From the NCBI RefSeq assembly GCF_006345805.1, contig NC_042998.1:69998001-70062000 (forward strand): a DNA stretch of 64,000 bases, given 5' to 3'. Position numbers and translations under genes: made by a program. This DNA is from Octopus sinensis. Lineage: Eukaryota. Shown here piece by piece: positions 11,855 to 24,079 of the stretch. The notes under the pieces are model-generated. The model saw nothing but the letters and a program-made list of their open reading frames with translations, ran no database searches and was not told where the DNA came from. Every line of letters begins with the position of its first letter. Position 1 is the first letter of the stretch.

Positions 11855-12364
11855 GTATCCTCAGTCCAATGACAGTAACAAGTAAAATAAGAAAAATATT
11901 TGAAATGGGATAAATGTATGCATACGGATGCACGCATACTTTTATAAACATACAAGAACATATGCTCACACTTATACAAAGATGAATATTAATGCTTGCA
12001 CTTCCTAAAAGGAAATTTGGAACTGCTTTGTTGCAGGACCTGACAGAGAAAACCTCATATATCTTCAGAATCACTTAGTCAGTCATTGCTCATTTCTCTT
12101 CTTAATATCATGCAAGACCGAAATTTAATCTCAGCCGTATCTATCTGAAAAATTGTTTATTTTCTCCCAGGAATCACATGGCTTAAGCTGGAGATCTGAA
12201 CGTTCATCTCCTTGTAAATATGCTCCATGTGATTATAACAAGCTTCCGTAATAACTTTTTAATCGATGTGACTTTTTTGAACGCTATCAGACCTTTTTAT
12301 TTTGGCTCTTTTCCCCTTTAGCTTAAAAAAAAAACTGTTACTTTTTTAAAATGTGTGTTTATAT

Positions 12365-12485
12365 ATATACGAGCAAAACGCTCCCCGTCCAATGGACGGA
12401 GCTGAGTTGTCAAACATTTAAACCAAATTTTCGCAAAACAACTTGTCCGACCGTCCCATAGGCCTCCCCCCTTTGAGAAACACTG
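12365..12485. mobile_element. Possible solo hAT-type right end
   Basis: Ends ...CCCCCTTTGAGAAACACTG, resembling hAT TIRs and the MITE end at 23058-23071; no left end found. Confidence 0.35.
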
Positions 12486-12789
12486 ATTTAGCCTAAATTT
12501 GAGACACCAGCAAAAGAAGAAATAAAGATAGACTTTTTCTATTCCAAAGAAAAACCATTTTATTCACACAAATATGCAACCGAAGAGTTTAAAGTACCAG
12601 TAATAATGATAAGGCTGTAGACTGGGAGAACACAAACATGATTTACACAGTAAGCTTGGCAAGAAAGAAACATGCCTTTAAGCAGTACAAAAACAACCAA
12701 AAATGGAAGGTGCAGTTATGTACAGGTTGACGGAAGAAAAGCAGGACAGAAACGGCTTTATCGATCGCATTCTCACCTGGAATCGATTT

Positions 12790-12920
12790 TTGTAATTTTT
12801 TCAAGACTTATACATGCTCTGATACCGTTGGTATCTGCATATCAAATTTGAGAGCAATCGGATGGAGGATGCCCGAGATCCGAGAAAACACACACAGAGA
12901 ACGGATTTTATATAAGAGAT
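12790..12920 (+). mobile_element. Helitron/DINE-1(Lep1)-like 3' end
   Basis: CAAATTTGAGAGCAATCGG...ACACACACAGA...TTTTATATAAGAGAT layout parallels 57150-57250. Confidence 0.45.
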
Positions 12921-13181
12921 GTCGCCTTGACACAATTTAGCATTGTTTTCATATCTTGTTTACAATTTAATTACATGCGTATATAATTTAGTATATTTAA
13001 TTAATAAGAAAAACACATTTTCTCCTACGCAAAGGAAGTTTTTACACACATTTTCCTCTTAACTAAGAATAGTTTTATATTATACACATTGGCAAAATTG
13101 TATTTTTATTCTGCTTGCAAAGCTTATTCAATAGTTTTCATGAACCACAAAGTTTCGCGCCATATAAGTGCATTTTTCTGC

Positions 13182-13214
<33 letters not shown>

Positions 13215-13245
13215 TCATCATCATCATCATCATCACCATTATGAC

Positions 13246-13280
<35 letters not shown>

Positions 13281-13296
13281 TATTATTATTATTGAG

Positions 13297-13585
13297 GATG
13301 CACGAGCTGGTGGTTAATGTGTTGCACTCACGAATCACGAGATCGTGGTTTCAATTCCTAGATCGGATGGTGTGCTGAATTCTTGAGCAAAAAATACTTC
13401 GTTTCGCGTTGCTGTGCGATCACTTTGACATTTGACGCGTGCTACAACGTGCACCTGTCCAGACAACGTCGATTTGATGGAGAGAGAGAGAGAGAGCTAA
13501 TGCACAACACAAGCATTTGATCACTGGAAACAAATCATTTTCGTAGGTGGTTCGGCACAAAAGCTGAACACTCATAAGTCGTCTT
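13297..13585 (+). mobile_element. SINE family C, variant tail (C3)
   Basis: tRNA-like head, TTCTTGAGCAAAA body, tail shared with 15055-15225. Confidence 0.75.
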
Positions 13586-13597
13586 CGATTAGTGTCC

Positions 13598-13613
13598 ATC
13601 ATCATCGTCGTCG

Positions 13614-13659
<46 letters not shown>

Positions 13660-13736
13660 AATCATCATCATCATCATCGTCGTCGTCGTCGTCGTCATCA
13701 TCATCATCATCATTGTCGTCGTCATCGTCGTCGTTA

Positions 13737-13830
<94 letters not shown>
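13598..13830. repeat. (CAT/CGT)n(ATT)n(AGT)n microsatellites
   Basis: Direct reading. Confidence 0.95.
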
Positions 13831-14813
13831 TGATTGTAAAAGCGATCGTGTGGCAGGCGAGACACAAAGAAGTGAAGACTGATCCTTTCGTCTTCAGTCA
13901 CGATCTCATCAACGTTTTCGAGTTTCACTTCAAAAGGAACAAGAAGAAAGGGGTTAAGTTTTGCCCCCACCTCCCATTCAGTTAATGAATGGTAGGTGAA
14001 TGTAACAAAGATGGTACACGTCAACGGAATTACTCCGAGCATGCGCTTGTAGGCTGGGAAACGACAAATGCGAAAGGACACTAGTAGCTGGAGATCAGGA
14101 TCTGTGGGGTCTTGGGGAACTTTCCTTGATTAGCAAATTTTGTTTCTTTGGAATTCTGTTGTTGCTTTTTTTTAAACTCTACATGCTGAGTTACCAACTT
14201 ACGCTCATCCAGTTAGTTATGTAATGTCATGGTAGATGTACATGAAGCGAATGTCACCTTCACCAAATGAAACTAAACATTGAATTAATACGGAAACCCC
14301 TCATAGGTACATGAGACATGGTTTATCACTTACACACATTGAAAATGTTACAAAATTCTCAAATTATGTCTGCCAATTGAAAGGGAATGCAATTATCTGT
14401 CATATCAAGTGGAATAACATCGAGGAAGTGAGATCTTATAAAAACACAATTACAGGATGTGATATATATACAGCTAAAAGCAGTCTCATTCTTAAAATGT
14501 TTCAGAATTCTGTTAACCACCGAAACAAAAGATCAGACATTTTGGCAAAATGCTGACATTTTGACAAGCATTTATTGAAACATAAAATTCGTAATCATAA
14601 CTTGACTAAACACCTACAATATACTACATACACTTAATGTCTAATATATTCGCTTGTGGAATGCATGCACTCATTTTTTTTCATCCTTACGTTCTGAGTT
14701 CATATTCTACAGTGGGTGACTCTATTTTCATACTTTGTGCGTGGAGTCGATATAACCAACATCACCGTCCCTACACAATAACTGGCTTTGTGCAAAAATT
14801 AGAAAGAACGTGC

Positions 14814-14853
<40 letters not shown>

Positions 14854-14906
14854 GTGTGTGAGTGTGTGTTTGGGTGTGATTGTGTGTTGTGTGTGTGCAC
14901 GCGTGT

Positions 14907-14986
14907 GAAGGCGCATGACTTAGTAGTTAGGATGTTGCACTCACAAGTATTAGTAGCTCATAACTTATATACTGTGTACATTAGAC

Positions 14987-15055
<69 letters not shown>

Positions 15056-15225
15056 TTCACGTTGTTCGACGATCATTTTGTCATCAGACACGTCGTGCAC
15101 CTGTACAAGGTAATGTCGATTTGATGGAGAGAGTAATCTTATGTGGACCCAAACATTTGATCACTATAAACAAATCATCTGTGTGATTGTTCAACAAGAG
15201 AGTGCAGAAACCTCAAATGTCGTCA
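14907..15225 (+). mobile_element. SINE C3 interrupted by an inverted duplication
   Basis: Head 14907-14947 and body 15055-15225 align to 13297-13585; the B-box region is replaced. Confidence 0.7.
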
Positions 15226-15272
15226 AACTACGAGAGAGTCCATGATATGGGTGTGTGTATGTGTGTATGCGA

Positions 15273-15550
15273 TTCCACCTAGAAAGTTACCCTCCGAAGC
15301 ACAAGTCCGGGCAAGGTTGTTTATGGAAGACCAGTAGTCACCCATGCATACCGGCCTCCCCTCTCCACGCCACCAGTGTTATCAAAGAGCTGATACAGTT
15401 TGACACCTGTGACGTCGCAACTCATTTCTACTCCTGAGTGAACTTGAGCAACGTGAAATAAAGTGTCTTGCTCAAGAACACAACACGCAGCCCGGTCCCC
15501 GGTTCGAACTCACAACCTCACGATCGTAAGCTCGACGTTCTAACCACAGA
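15273..15550 (-). mobile_element. SINE family C
   Basis: Homologous to 831-1172. Confidence 0.8.
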
Positions 15551-15850
15551 GGTGGTAAGGAGTTTGCTTCCCTATCACTTGGTTCCGCGTTCGACCAAAG
15601 CCTTGTGAGTGGATTTGGTAGACTAAAACTGAAAGAAGCCCGTCGTATATATGTATGTATATATCTTTGTGTGCGTGTGTGTCTGTGTATGTGCTTGTCC
15701 CCCACCACTGCTTGACAAGCGGTGTTGATGTGTTTACATCCACGTAATCTAGCGGTTTGGCAAACCAATAGAGTAAGTACAAGGCTTTAAATAAACTATA
15801 ATTGGTGCTCCAGCATGGCTTCAGGGAAATGACTGAAACAAATAACAGAT
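15551..15850 (+). mobile_element. SINE family A with internal deletion
   Basis: Head-to-head with the C copy; lacks the CCTTGGGCAAGT block. Confidence 0.75.
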
Positions 15851-15878
15851 AAGGTGTGTATGTATTTATGTGTGTGTA

Positions 15879-15909
<31 letters not shown>

Positions 15910-16090
15910 GTGTGTGGTGTGTGTGTGTGTGTGTGTAAAGTCTAATGTACACAGTATATAAGTTATGAGCTACTAATAGTTTCATACCTTGAGTTATTAG
16001 TCACCCATAACTAAATACTGTCTATAGTATGCAAGTTTATTTCTCAGCAGCAGATGGAGTACTTAGTATATATATATATATATATATATA

Positions 16091-16274
16091 ATAATATGTT
16101 ACATTACTCAATAGTCAAGATAAAACTCTGAGTTCAGATGCCGAAGTGGAAATCCACAACAACATCTCTTCGGTTATCTGGCTATCTCTACAGAAGAGAT
16201 GGTGTTGTGGATTTCCACTTCGGCATCCGAAACTCAGAGTTTTATCTTGACTATCGAGTAATGTAACATATTAT
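16091..16274. repeat. Long palindrome (81/82-bp arms, 21-nt loop), probably an inverted Penelope-type terminal repeat
   Basis: Arms differ by 3 substitutions and 1 indel; the Penelope assignment is inferred from the hammerhead-like fold. Confidence 0.85.
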
Positions 16275-16629
16275 TTTATAGATAAATTTCCTCTGTTTAC
16301 ATAATATTGAGGTCTCTTTCTTTCTTTTGTTATCTTACCGTTTTTACCAATATATATATATATATAGATAGATAGATAATTTCGTGTTTTGCTTAGAAGC
16401 CAGAATTTGAGATTCAAGCCAAATACAACAAACTACTCCATATCCATAGAGTATTCGCGTAAATGGAGTCAGAAGAGGCTAGATATTTTGAAATGAATCA
16501 ACTGGAGACTGTCGTGCGTAAAGGAATGTATTTTCTATTATACATTACGCAAAATCTGAAACGTATGTATTAAATGGCTCCAAAATATCATTATTTTGTC
16601 TGTGTTCATTATTAGAAATTATGCATATA

Positions 16630-16662
<33 letters not shown>

Positions 16663-16729
16663 ATGTATGTATGTATGTACACACACACAGGGTTGGTCAA
16701 CAGTCACCCAGAATTTTGTGTCTTTATGG

Positions 16730-16797
16730 AATAAAGTGTCTTGCTCAAGAACACAACACGCAGCCCGGTCCCCGGTTCGAACTCACAACATCACGAA
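16730..16797 (-). mobile_element. SINE C fragment
   Basis: 60 bp identical to 15457-15516. Confidence 0.8.
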
Positions 16798-16858
16798 AGA
16801 CACAAAATTCCATAAATACTTAATAGTCAATTTTATTTATTCATTCCAATTAGGAATA

Positions 16859-17076
16859 CTCTCTTTTACTCTTTTGTTTCAGTCATTTGACTGCGGCCAT
16901 GCTGGAGGACCGCCTTTAATCGAGCAACTCGACCCCGGGACTTATTCTTTTGTAAGCCCAGTACTTATTCTATCGGTCTCTTTTGCCGAACCGCTAAGTA
17001 ACGGGGACATAAACACAGCAGCATCGGTTGTCAAGCAATGCTAGGGGGACAAACACAGACCACACAAACACACACA

Positions 17077-17159
<83 letters not shown>

Positions 17160-17346
17160 TGTGTGTGTGTTGTGTCTATATATAGGACGGGCTTCTTTAA
17201 GTTTCCGTCTACCAAATCCACTCACAAGGCTTTGGTCGGCCCGAGGCTATAGTAGAAGACACTTGCCCAAGGTGCCACGCAGCGGGACTGAACCCGGAAC
17301 CATCTCGTTGGTAAACTAGCTCCTTACCACACAGCCACTCCTGCGT
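16859..17346 (-). mobile_element. SINE family A, full length, young subfamily
   Basis: Near identical to 30561-30970 and 34389-34800. Confidence 0.9.
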
Positions 17347-17435
17347 TTAATAATTAAATGCTGTGAGTCATATTCAACGGGTTTTTTTTTTGCTATAATA
17401 TATTCTCGTATATTCCATCTTCTGTCTTTCATTTG

Positions 17436-17472
<37 letters not shown>

Positions 17473-17498
17473 CATTTGCTTTATATATATATATATAG

Positions 17499-17705
17499 TT
17501 AATCCAAACAAGTAAGCACAAAAAAACACAACAACGCGAGGACGTGTAACAAATATAGTATTATTGGACGGTCAGGAAAGAAGGAAAGAAGGAGGGTTTA
17601 ACGTTTCGAGCGGAGCTCTTCGTCGGAAACATAGAAGGAAAGATCCAGAGAAAGGAAGACAGAGGGAAAAAAATCGCCAACGGTACACACGCGGTCACAT
17701 TTTGA
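17499..17705 (-). mobile_element. Penelope-type terminal repeat fragment
   Basis: Second copy at 58545-58727 in the opposite orientation; abuts (TA)n; carries a hammerhead-like motif. Confidence 0.55.
17596..17630 (-). ncRNA. Minimal type I hammerhead-like motif, variant core
   Basis: GTTT-CCGACGA-A-GAGC/TCC/GCTC-GAAA-CG-TT-AAAC: helix I 4 bp, helix II 4 bp, palindromic ACGT helix III. Confidence 0.5.
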
Positions 17706-18077
17706 AATATGCATATATATATACGCATGAATGTATGTGTTTACGGTTTACACTGCACTCTTGCTTATGTTGCATCACTTTATGTAAGATAACTCAAGGG
17801 TTCGATACGGATCGACGAAATGATACGAGTTTTAAATAATTAGGGCTCATTGAGATAATAAGGGCTTAATAATATCTTAAAAACCCTTCATTGAACCATG
17901 GCCATATTGGAGCCCGCCCACATGCGATCCGATGACAGAAAGCAATAAATATGAACTAATATTCAGTAATATACAGACATACATATATATGCATACATAC
18001 ACACATGCATGCATGCATAAATACGTACACACACACTCACAAACACACACACACATATATCATATCTCTCTCACATC

Positions 18078-18125
18078 GCCTCTGATGAAGGAACACTCCT
18101 AATATCCCAGAAACAGCTGTAAGAC
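18078..18125 (+). ncRNA. Minimal type I hammerhead-like motif, canonical core, decayed stems
   Basis: CTGATGA (18082-88) ... GAAA-CAGCTG-TA; palindrome ACAGCTGT; helix I GCCT/AGAC with one mismatch. Confidence 0.6.
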
Positions 18126-18188
18126 TAACATTCTATTTATGAATGTCCTGAAAATTAAACACACCGCTTGATTTTATTTAATACGTAC

Positions 18189-18273
<85 letters not shown>

Positions 18274-18279
18274 ATATAC

Positions 18280-18313
<34 letters not shown>

Positions 18314-18326
18314 TACATACATACAC

Positions 18327-18357
<31 letters not shown>

Positions 18358-18730
18358 TAATATATATATATATATACACATACACATATTCATATACACA
18401 TATTCACATATCCTCATTTCAAGAGTCGGTACCAACCTGTAAGATGTTTCAGCTGGGATATCGTCTCCAGATTCTACACATTTTGAAACTCAGAAGAATC
18501 TGAAGATAGCTTTACTCGCTTCAAAATGAAATGCGTTATAAGTTGTGAGCTGCTCTCAAAATAAAGTACTCCACTCTGCTTTTAGACGCATTGGTTTCTC
18601 TTTATTAATTGCAGACACATAAGACTGATAAACACACACACCCGTGCGTGTGTGTACGTGTGAGTGTGTTATGTGTGAGCGTGTGTTTGTGGTGATACAT
18701 TTACGTATATATAATATATATATATATATA

Positions 18731-18771
<41 letters not shown>

Positions 18772-19869
18772 TGTGTATATGTGTGTAATATTACACATTC
18801 ATCATATATGTATATGTATATATAGATATATATGAATATATGCATATATTTTTATTTATACACTCACACACATACTCGCACGCGCACACTAGTACAAACA
18901 CGCACGCACACATTTTATATACACACTTATATATGTAAATATATATTTAGGTATACACATATTACATATGTTTATATGTATACAGAAACACACACACACA
19001 TATAATATATATAATGTACTACATATCCATATATCATATATCTATGTATAATATGAGGGCAATATTTGTGTGAACATCTATAAGTATGGGCAAATGTCTC
19101 CACGTATTTATTTGAATATAATGTGTGTATATATGTGTACGCCCGCTCAGTGTGTGTGTGTGTGTGTGTGTGTGTTGTCACTCGTGAATTATACGTAACC
19201 GAACGAAAACAATAACGACGGTAGTGTCTTCACAGCCGACCAATTACATATACATCCACCTCTGATGCGTTGAATATCAACCAGAAATTTCCAGGCCAAT
19301 TGCTACACTCAACACCATATGCTAGGTTAAAATAGACGGTTGACAAAATAGAACCCCGCTTACTTAGGAACATATGGTGTGTATTTCTGGACCCTAACGA
19401 TAATAATATGCAAATGTCGCGAGTAAACAAACCTCGAAAAACTTGCCACCCCACCTCGCTTGTTGCCGCAGAATTTACTGATATAACCTTGGGTTATATG
19501 TGTGTCTGCGTGCCTGTATATATATATATATATATATATCCATGGGCATGCGTCTGGGAATGTACATATGAATATGTGTGTGAGTATATGATGAACGAAA
19601 TGTGTATTTCTTTGTATAAGTGGAAATATTTAAATGTCAAGTGCGTAGATACTTATCAGATATATGCAAATATATTCTGCGTGTATGTGTATGAGTATAT
19701 GTGGTTTATTCTAAAATTAGAATAATATTTAGACTTTGCTGCAAAGAATATTCAGGGTTAAAATTTCCAAGTTACGAAAACATAAGCTGAAATAACTGCA
19801 GAGTTGCAGTTTCGAATCTAGGGTTTGCCTGAATCTAAAATCGAAACCATAATAATTCTTTCTACTTAC

Positions 19870-20204
19870 AGTATAAAGTCTCAATCTTGTGAGGGAAGGG
19901 CAGTCCATTACCCCGAACCCAGTGCTAAACTGTTGCGTTTTATTGAACCTGTGAGGATGAAGCACAAAGTCAGCGGCACTTAACTTCAGAATGTAAAAAG
20001 CCGGAAGAAATGCCGCTAAGCATTTTGTCCGACGTGCTAACAACTCTGCCAGCTAGCCGCCTTCTTGAAGCCATGATAATATTTTCTACTAAAGGCATAA
20101 GGCCTGAAATTTTGGCAGAAGAATCTAGTCGATTACGTCGACCCTAATGTTTCACTGGTACTTAATTTGTCGACCCCGAAAGGATGAAAGGCAAAGTCGA
20201 CCTC
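19870..20204 (-). mobile_element. Two SINE B copies (19870-20062 and 20080-20204 partial), duplicated at 20945-21276
   Basis: CGACCCCGAAAGGATGAAAGGCAAAGTCGAC core and GTGCTAACAACTCTGCCAGCT head on the plus strand. Confidence 0.75.
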
Positions 20205-20609
20205 ATGATAATGACACAATAATGACATTGTCGAGCACAAAATGGTTCTTGAGGAATAGTTTTAGATTGAGAAATAAATATCTTGAATATTTATTGCTCC
20301 ACGGAGTGATGAACAAGCCGAATTAGTACAGACCCAAACAGCATGACTTGCATATGTATTTCCATTTCTTTATGTCTGAGTTCAAATGACTGTTGATTTT
20401 GCTATTTTGCAGTATGTATTGTGGCCAATGAAATCGATTGTCGCACTTATTTGCATGTACGCGGTTGGGTGTCTGCATTATAAAGTCTTCTCAATGTAAA
20501 AATCTATATATTAATTCGTTTGCTGTATGAAATATTACGTAATTAATCGTCTGTATGGTATCAAGGCTCTTTATCTCTACATATTATCACTAGATAGCTA
20601 CCATATAGA

Positions 20610-20709
20610 NNNNNNNNNNNNNNNNNNNNNNNNNNNNNNNNNNNNNNNNNNNNNNNNNNNNNNNNNNNNNNNNNNNNNNNNNNNNNNNNNNNNNNNNNNN
20701 NNNNNNNNN
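20610..20709. other. Assembly gap (100 N)
   Basis: Direct reading. Confidence 1.
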
Positions 20710-22348
20710 GTAGATACTTATCAGATATATGCAAATATATTTGTGTGCGTGTATGTGATGAGTATATGGGTGGTTTATTCTAAAATTAGAATAATATTTA
20801 GAACTTTGCTGCAAAGAAAATTTCAGGGTTAAAATTTCCAAGTTACGAAAACATAAGCTGAAAAACTGCAGAGTTGCAGTTTCGAATCTAGGGTAGGGTT
20901 TGCCTGAATCTAAAATCGAAACCATAATAATTCTTTCTACTTACAGTATAAAGTCTCAATCTGTGAGGGAGGGCAGTCCATTACCCCGAACCAGTGCTAA
21001 ACTGTTGCGTTTTATTGAACCTGTGAGGATGAAGCACAAAGTCAGCGGCACTTAACTTCAGAATGTAAAAAGCCGGAAGAAATGCCGCTAAGCATTTTGT
21101 CCGACGTGCTAACAACTATTGCCAGCTAGCCGCCTTCTTGAAGCCATGTATAATATTTCTACTAAAGGCATAAGGCCTGAAATTTTGGCAGAAGAATCTA
21201 GTCGATTACGTCGACCCTAATGTTTCACTGGTACTTAATTTGTCGACCCCGAAAGGTGAAAGGCAAAGTCGACCTCATGATAATGACACAATAATGACAT
21301 TGTCGAGCACCAAATGGTTCTTGAGGATAGTTTTAGATTGAGAATAAATATCTTGAATATTATTGCTCCACGGAGTGATGAACAGCCGAATTAGTACAGA
21401 CACAAAACAGCATGACTTGCATATGTATTTCCATTTCTTTATGTCTGAGTTCAAATGACTGTTGATTTTGCTATTTTGCAGTATGTATTGTGGCCAATGA
21501 AATCGATTGTCGCACTTATTTGCATGTACGCGGTTGGGTGTCTGCATTATAAAGTATCTTCTCAATGTTAAAAATCTATATGTATTAATTCGTTTGCTGT
21601 ATGAAATATTACGTAATTATCGTCTCGTATGGTTATCAATGGCTCTTTATCTCTACATAATTATCACTAGATAGCTACCATATAGATATTTATACATACG
21701 TAACCATCAACGATATATTCTTATCACAACATCTTTACTTATAGATGTTTATCTATAATTCAAAATATTGAAAACTTTTGATGACCAATTTTGGTTGGCT
21801 GCTAAATTATCAGAACAGAAAATTTTCAATTTCATGCACAATAACGTGGTACTCATTCCTGCTTTCATATGATTTATAATTAGTTCTTTTATATAAGGAT
21901 CCGAGGAAGATAACACGAAGGGACAATTATCTATAATGTCCAGGAAGTCAGATGTAGGAACTGAACTTTCTTCAGCGCGAAAGATACAGATAGAGACAGC
22001 AGCATCAAACTTCTGTCTGCCATGAATACCAGTAACTCAACGAAAGAATTAATGGCAGTGTTCCAGCAAACTCATATACGAAATAAATTATATGAGAACC
22101 TACAGCTACTCTACCTTCGTAGTGGCTTGTCACTTGTGTTTTGTAAATACGTTTTAAAACATATTTCAAGGGAAGAATCAGTCTGCAAAAACCTTAAAGA
22201 CACTCTAAGACTGGTAAGTTAGATGTAGTCAATGAGATCAGTGCGGTTGGATCTGTAACTTGAACTCATGACAATAAGACATGACCAAGGGAGAATTCTA
22301 GAAGATTGTAAGTTTAGCCAAAGTGTTGAGTATGAAGATTAAGGGTTG

Positions 22349-22379
<31 letters not shown>

Positions 22380-22776
22380 GAGAAAGAGAGAGAAAGAAAG
22401 AAAGAAAGAAAGAAAGAGAGTATGGATAACGAGACTGGATTTGACTGATGACAGTAAAGAACCCTATTAGCTCAGAGGAGCAGAAAACACTGTATCAGTG
22501 GAAATAGAGGTAGTACACAAACATTTACTATTAACTTAATGCTTTTCTCTAAGATGCAGCCTATATGATACAGCAATGTCCGGGTCTAAGATCAATGATC
22601 AGTGAAATGGTATGGCAATGGCTTGGTCTAAGACATGTAACCAGTTAAAATGGTATAGCAGCAATGCAGCCTAAAATGAATAGACGGTTAAATTATGTGG
22701 TAATGGGATTATCTATGATACATAACCTGTTAAGTGGTGTTCCAATGATATGAACAAAATAAGCATTGCCTTAAAG

Positions 22777-23071
22777 TAGTGATTCCCAAAACCTTTCAGG
22801 CTGTCGCCCCCTAGGCACCCGGGCCACATTCCCATTGCCCCACCACCACAACCAAACTCACCACCACAAACATAGACCACTTTCTCCAGTAAATTCTAAA
22901 CATTTCACAAATAAAAGCAAACGTAATTAACCCATTACTTTTGTGCTTTTTTTTTTACATCCATTGCCTCATTTCGGCCACTCCATTATCACCCCACTTT
23001 TCTTCAACGCCTCCAGAGTCTTTGCACCCCGGGTGGGGGAGGTGCAGTACCGCCCACTTTGGGAACTACTG
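22777..23071. mobile_element. hAT-type MITE (295 bp)
   Basis: TIRs TAGTGATTCCCAAA / TTTGGGAACTACTG; 8-bp TSD CCTTAAAG at 22769-22776 and 23072-23079. Confidence 0.85.
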
Positions 23072-23119
23072 CCTTAAAGTGAACAAGTCGATAATTTTGA
23101 TCCAATAATTATTTCTAAC

Positions 23120-23548
23120 TTCGGCTGTATAGTAAGCAACACACTGCCCAACCACATTGTTCCGGGTTCAGCCTTACTGCGTGGCACCTTGGGCAAGTGT
23201 CTTCTGCTATAGTCTCGGACCGACCAAAGCCTTGTGAATAGAGTTGGTAGATAGAGACTGAGAGAAACCCGTCATGTGTGTGTGTATACACACACACACA
23301 TACATATCTATGTGTGTGTGTGTCTTTGTGTTTGTTTTTGTCCCTTCAACAACGCTTGACATCCGGTGTTGTTTTGTTTATGTCCCTGTAACTTAGCGGT
23401 TCGGCCAAAGAGGAGGATAGAAGAATGAGTACAAGGCTTCAAAAAGTAATCCTGGTGTCGATTTATTCGAATAAACCCTTCAAGGCGGTGGCTCCCAGCA
23501 TAGCCGCGGTCAAATAACTGAAACAAACGAAAGAAGAAAATGAAAGAT
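23120..23548 (+). mobile_element. SINE family A, diverged, full length
   Basis: Head, CCTTGGGCAAGTGTC block, central microsatellite and tail present. Confidence 0.8.
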
Positions 23549-23634
23549 GTGTAGTGTAGAGACATGGTTTTTCTTTCGTCAGTGTTAACGCAATTATAGA
23601 AAGACAAAATGACACACACACACACATGCGCGCA

Positions 23635-23685
<51 letters not shown>

Positions 23686-23814
23686 ACACTTATGAATACG
23701 CACGCACGCATGCACTCACATACTCATGCCCCACACACACATTCACACACTCATGCATACACACACTCATGCATACACACACTCATACATACTCACACAT
23801 GCACTCACACACAC

Positions 23815-23976
23815 GAAAGGATTCAGCATAGTTTCTGTCAACCAATAATACTTACAATTAATTGGCTCTACCAAGAATTATACTGCAAGGCTGTTTCCTC
23901 AAAAGCTATGAACTAGGACCGAACGCGTAACCTTCGAGGTTGCTCTGTGACCATTTTAATCATTCCGCCATGCCTA
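23815..23976 (-). mobile_element. Heavily degraded SINE A 5' half
   Basis: Weak collinear similarity following a (CA)n tract. Confidence 0.4.
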
Positions 23977-24079
23977 CTATTGCACACACACACACAAACA
24001 CACGCACACGCACACACACATACACACACACACACACACACGTTACTCAGCTGCTCTCTCTCTCTCTCTGTCTATACAT

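Larger units (their letters stand above)
19645..21686. repeat. ~970-bp direct duplication flanking an assembly gap
   Basis: 19645-20609 is nearly the same as 20710-21686, differing by scattered small indels and substitutions. Confidence 0.9.

Noticed and set aside
13734-14081. Minus-strand ORF with a complex N-terminal half
   Set aside because: No recognisable motif or convincing splice pair; ends in a microsatellite.
18498-18540. CTGAAGA...GAAATGCGTT hammerhead look-alike
   Set aside because: Helix I has only 2 bp and helix II does not form; at most a very decayed relic.
22022-22222. 66-aa ORF with a CTG/GTAAGT donor-like site at 22213
   Set aside because: No acceptor, homology or neighbouring exon; one donor consensus is expected by chance.
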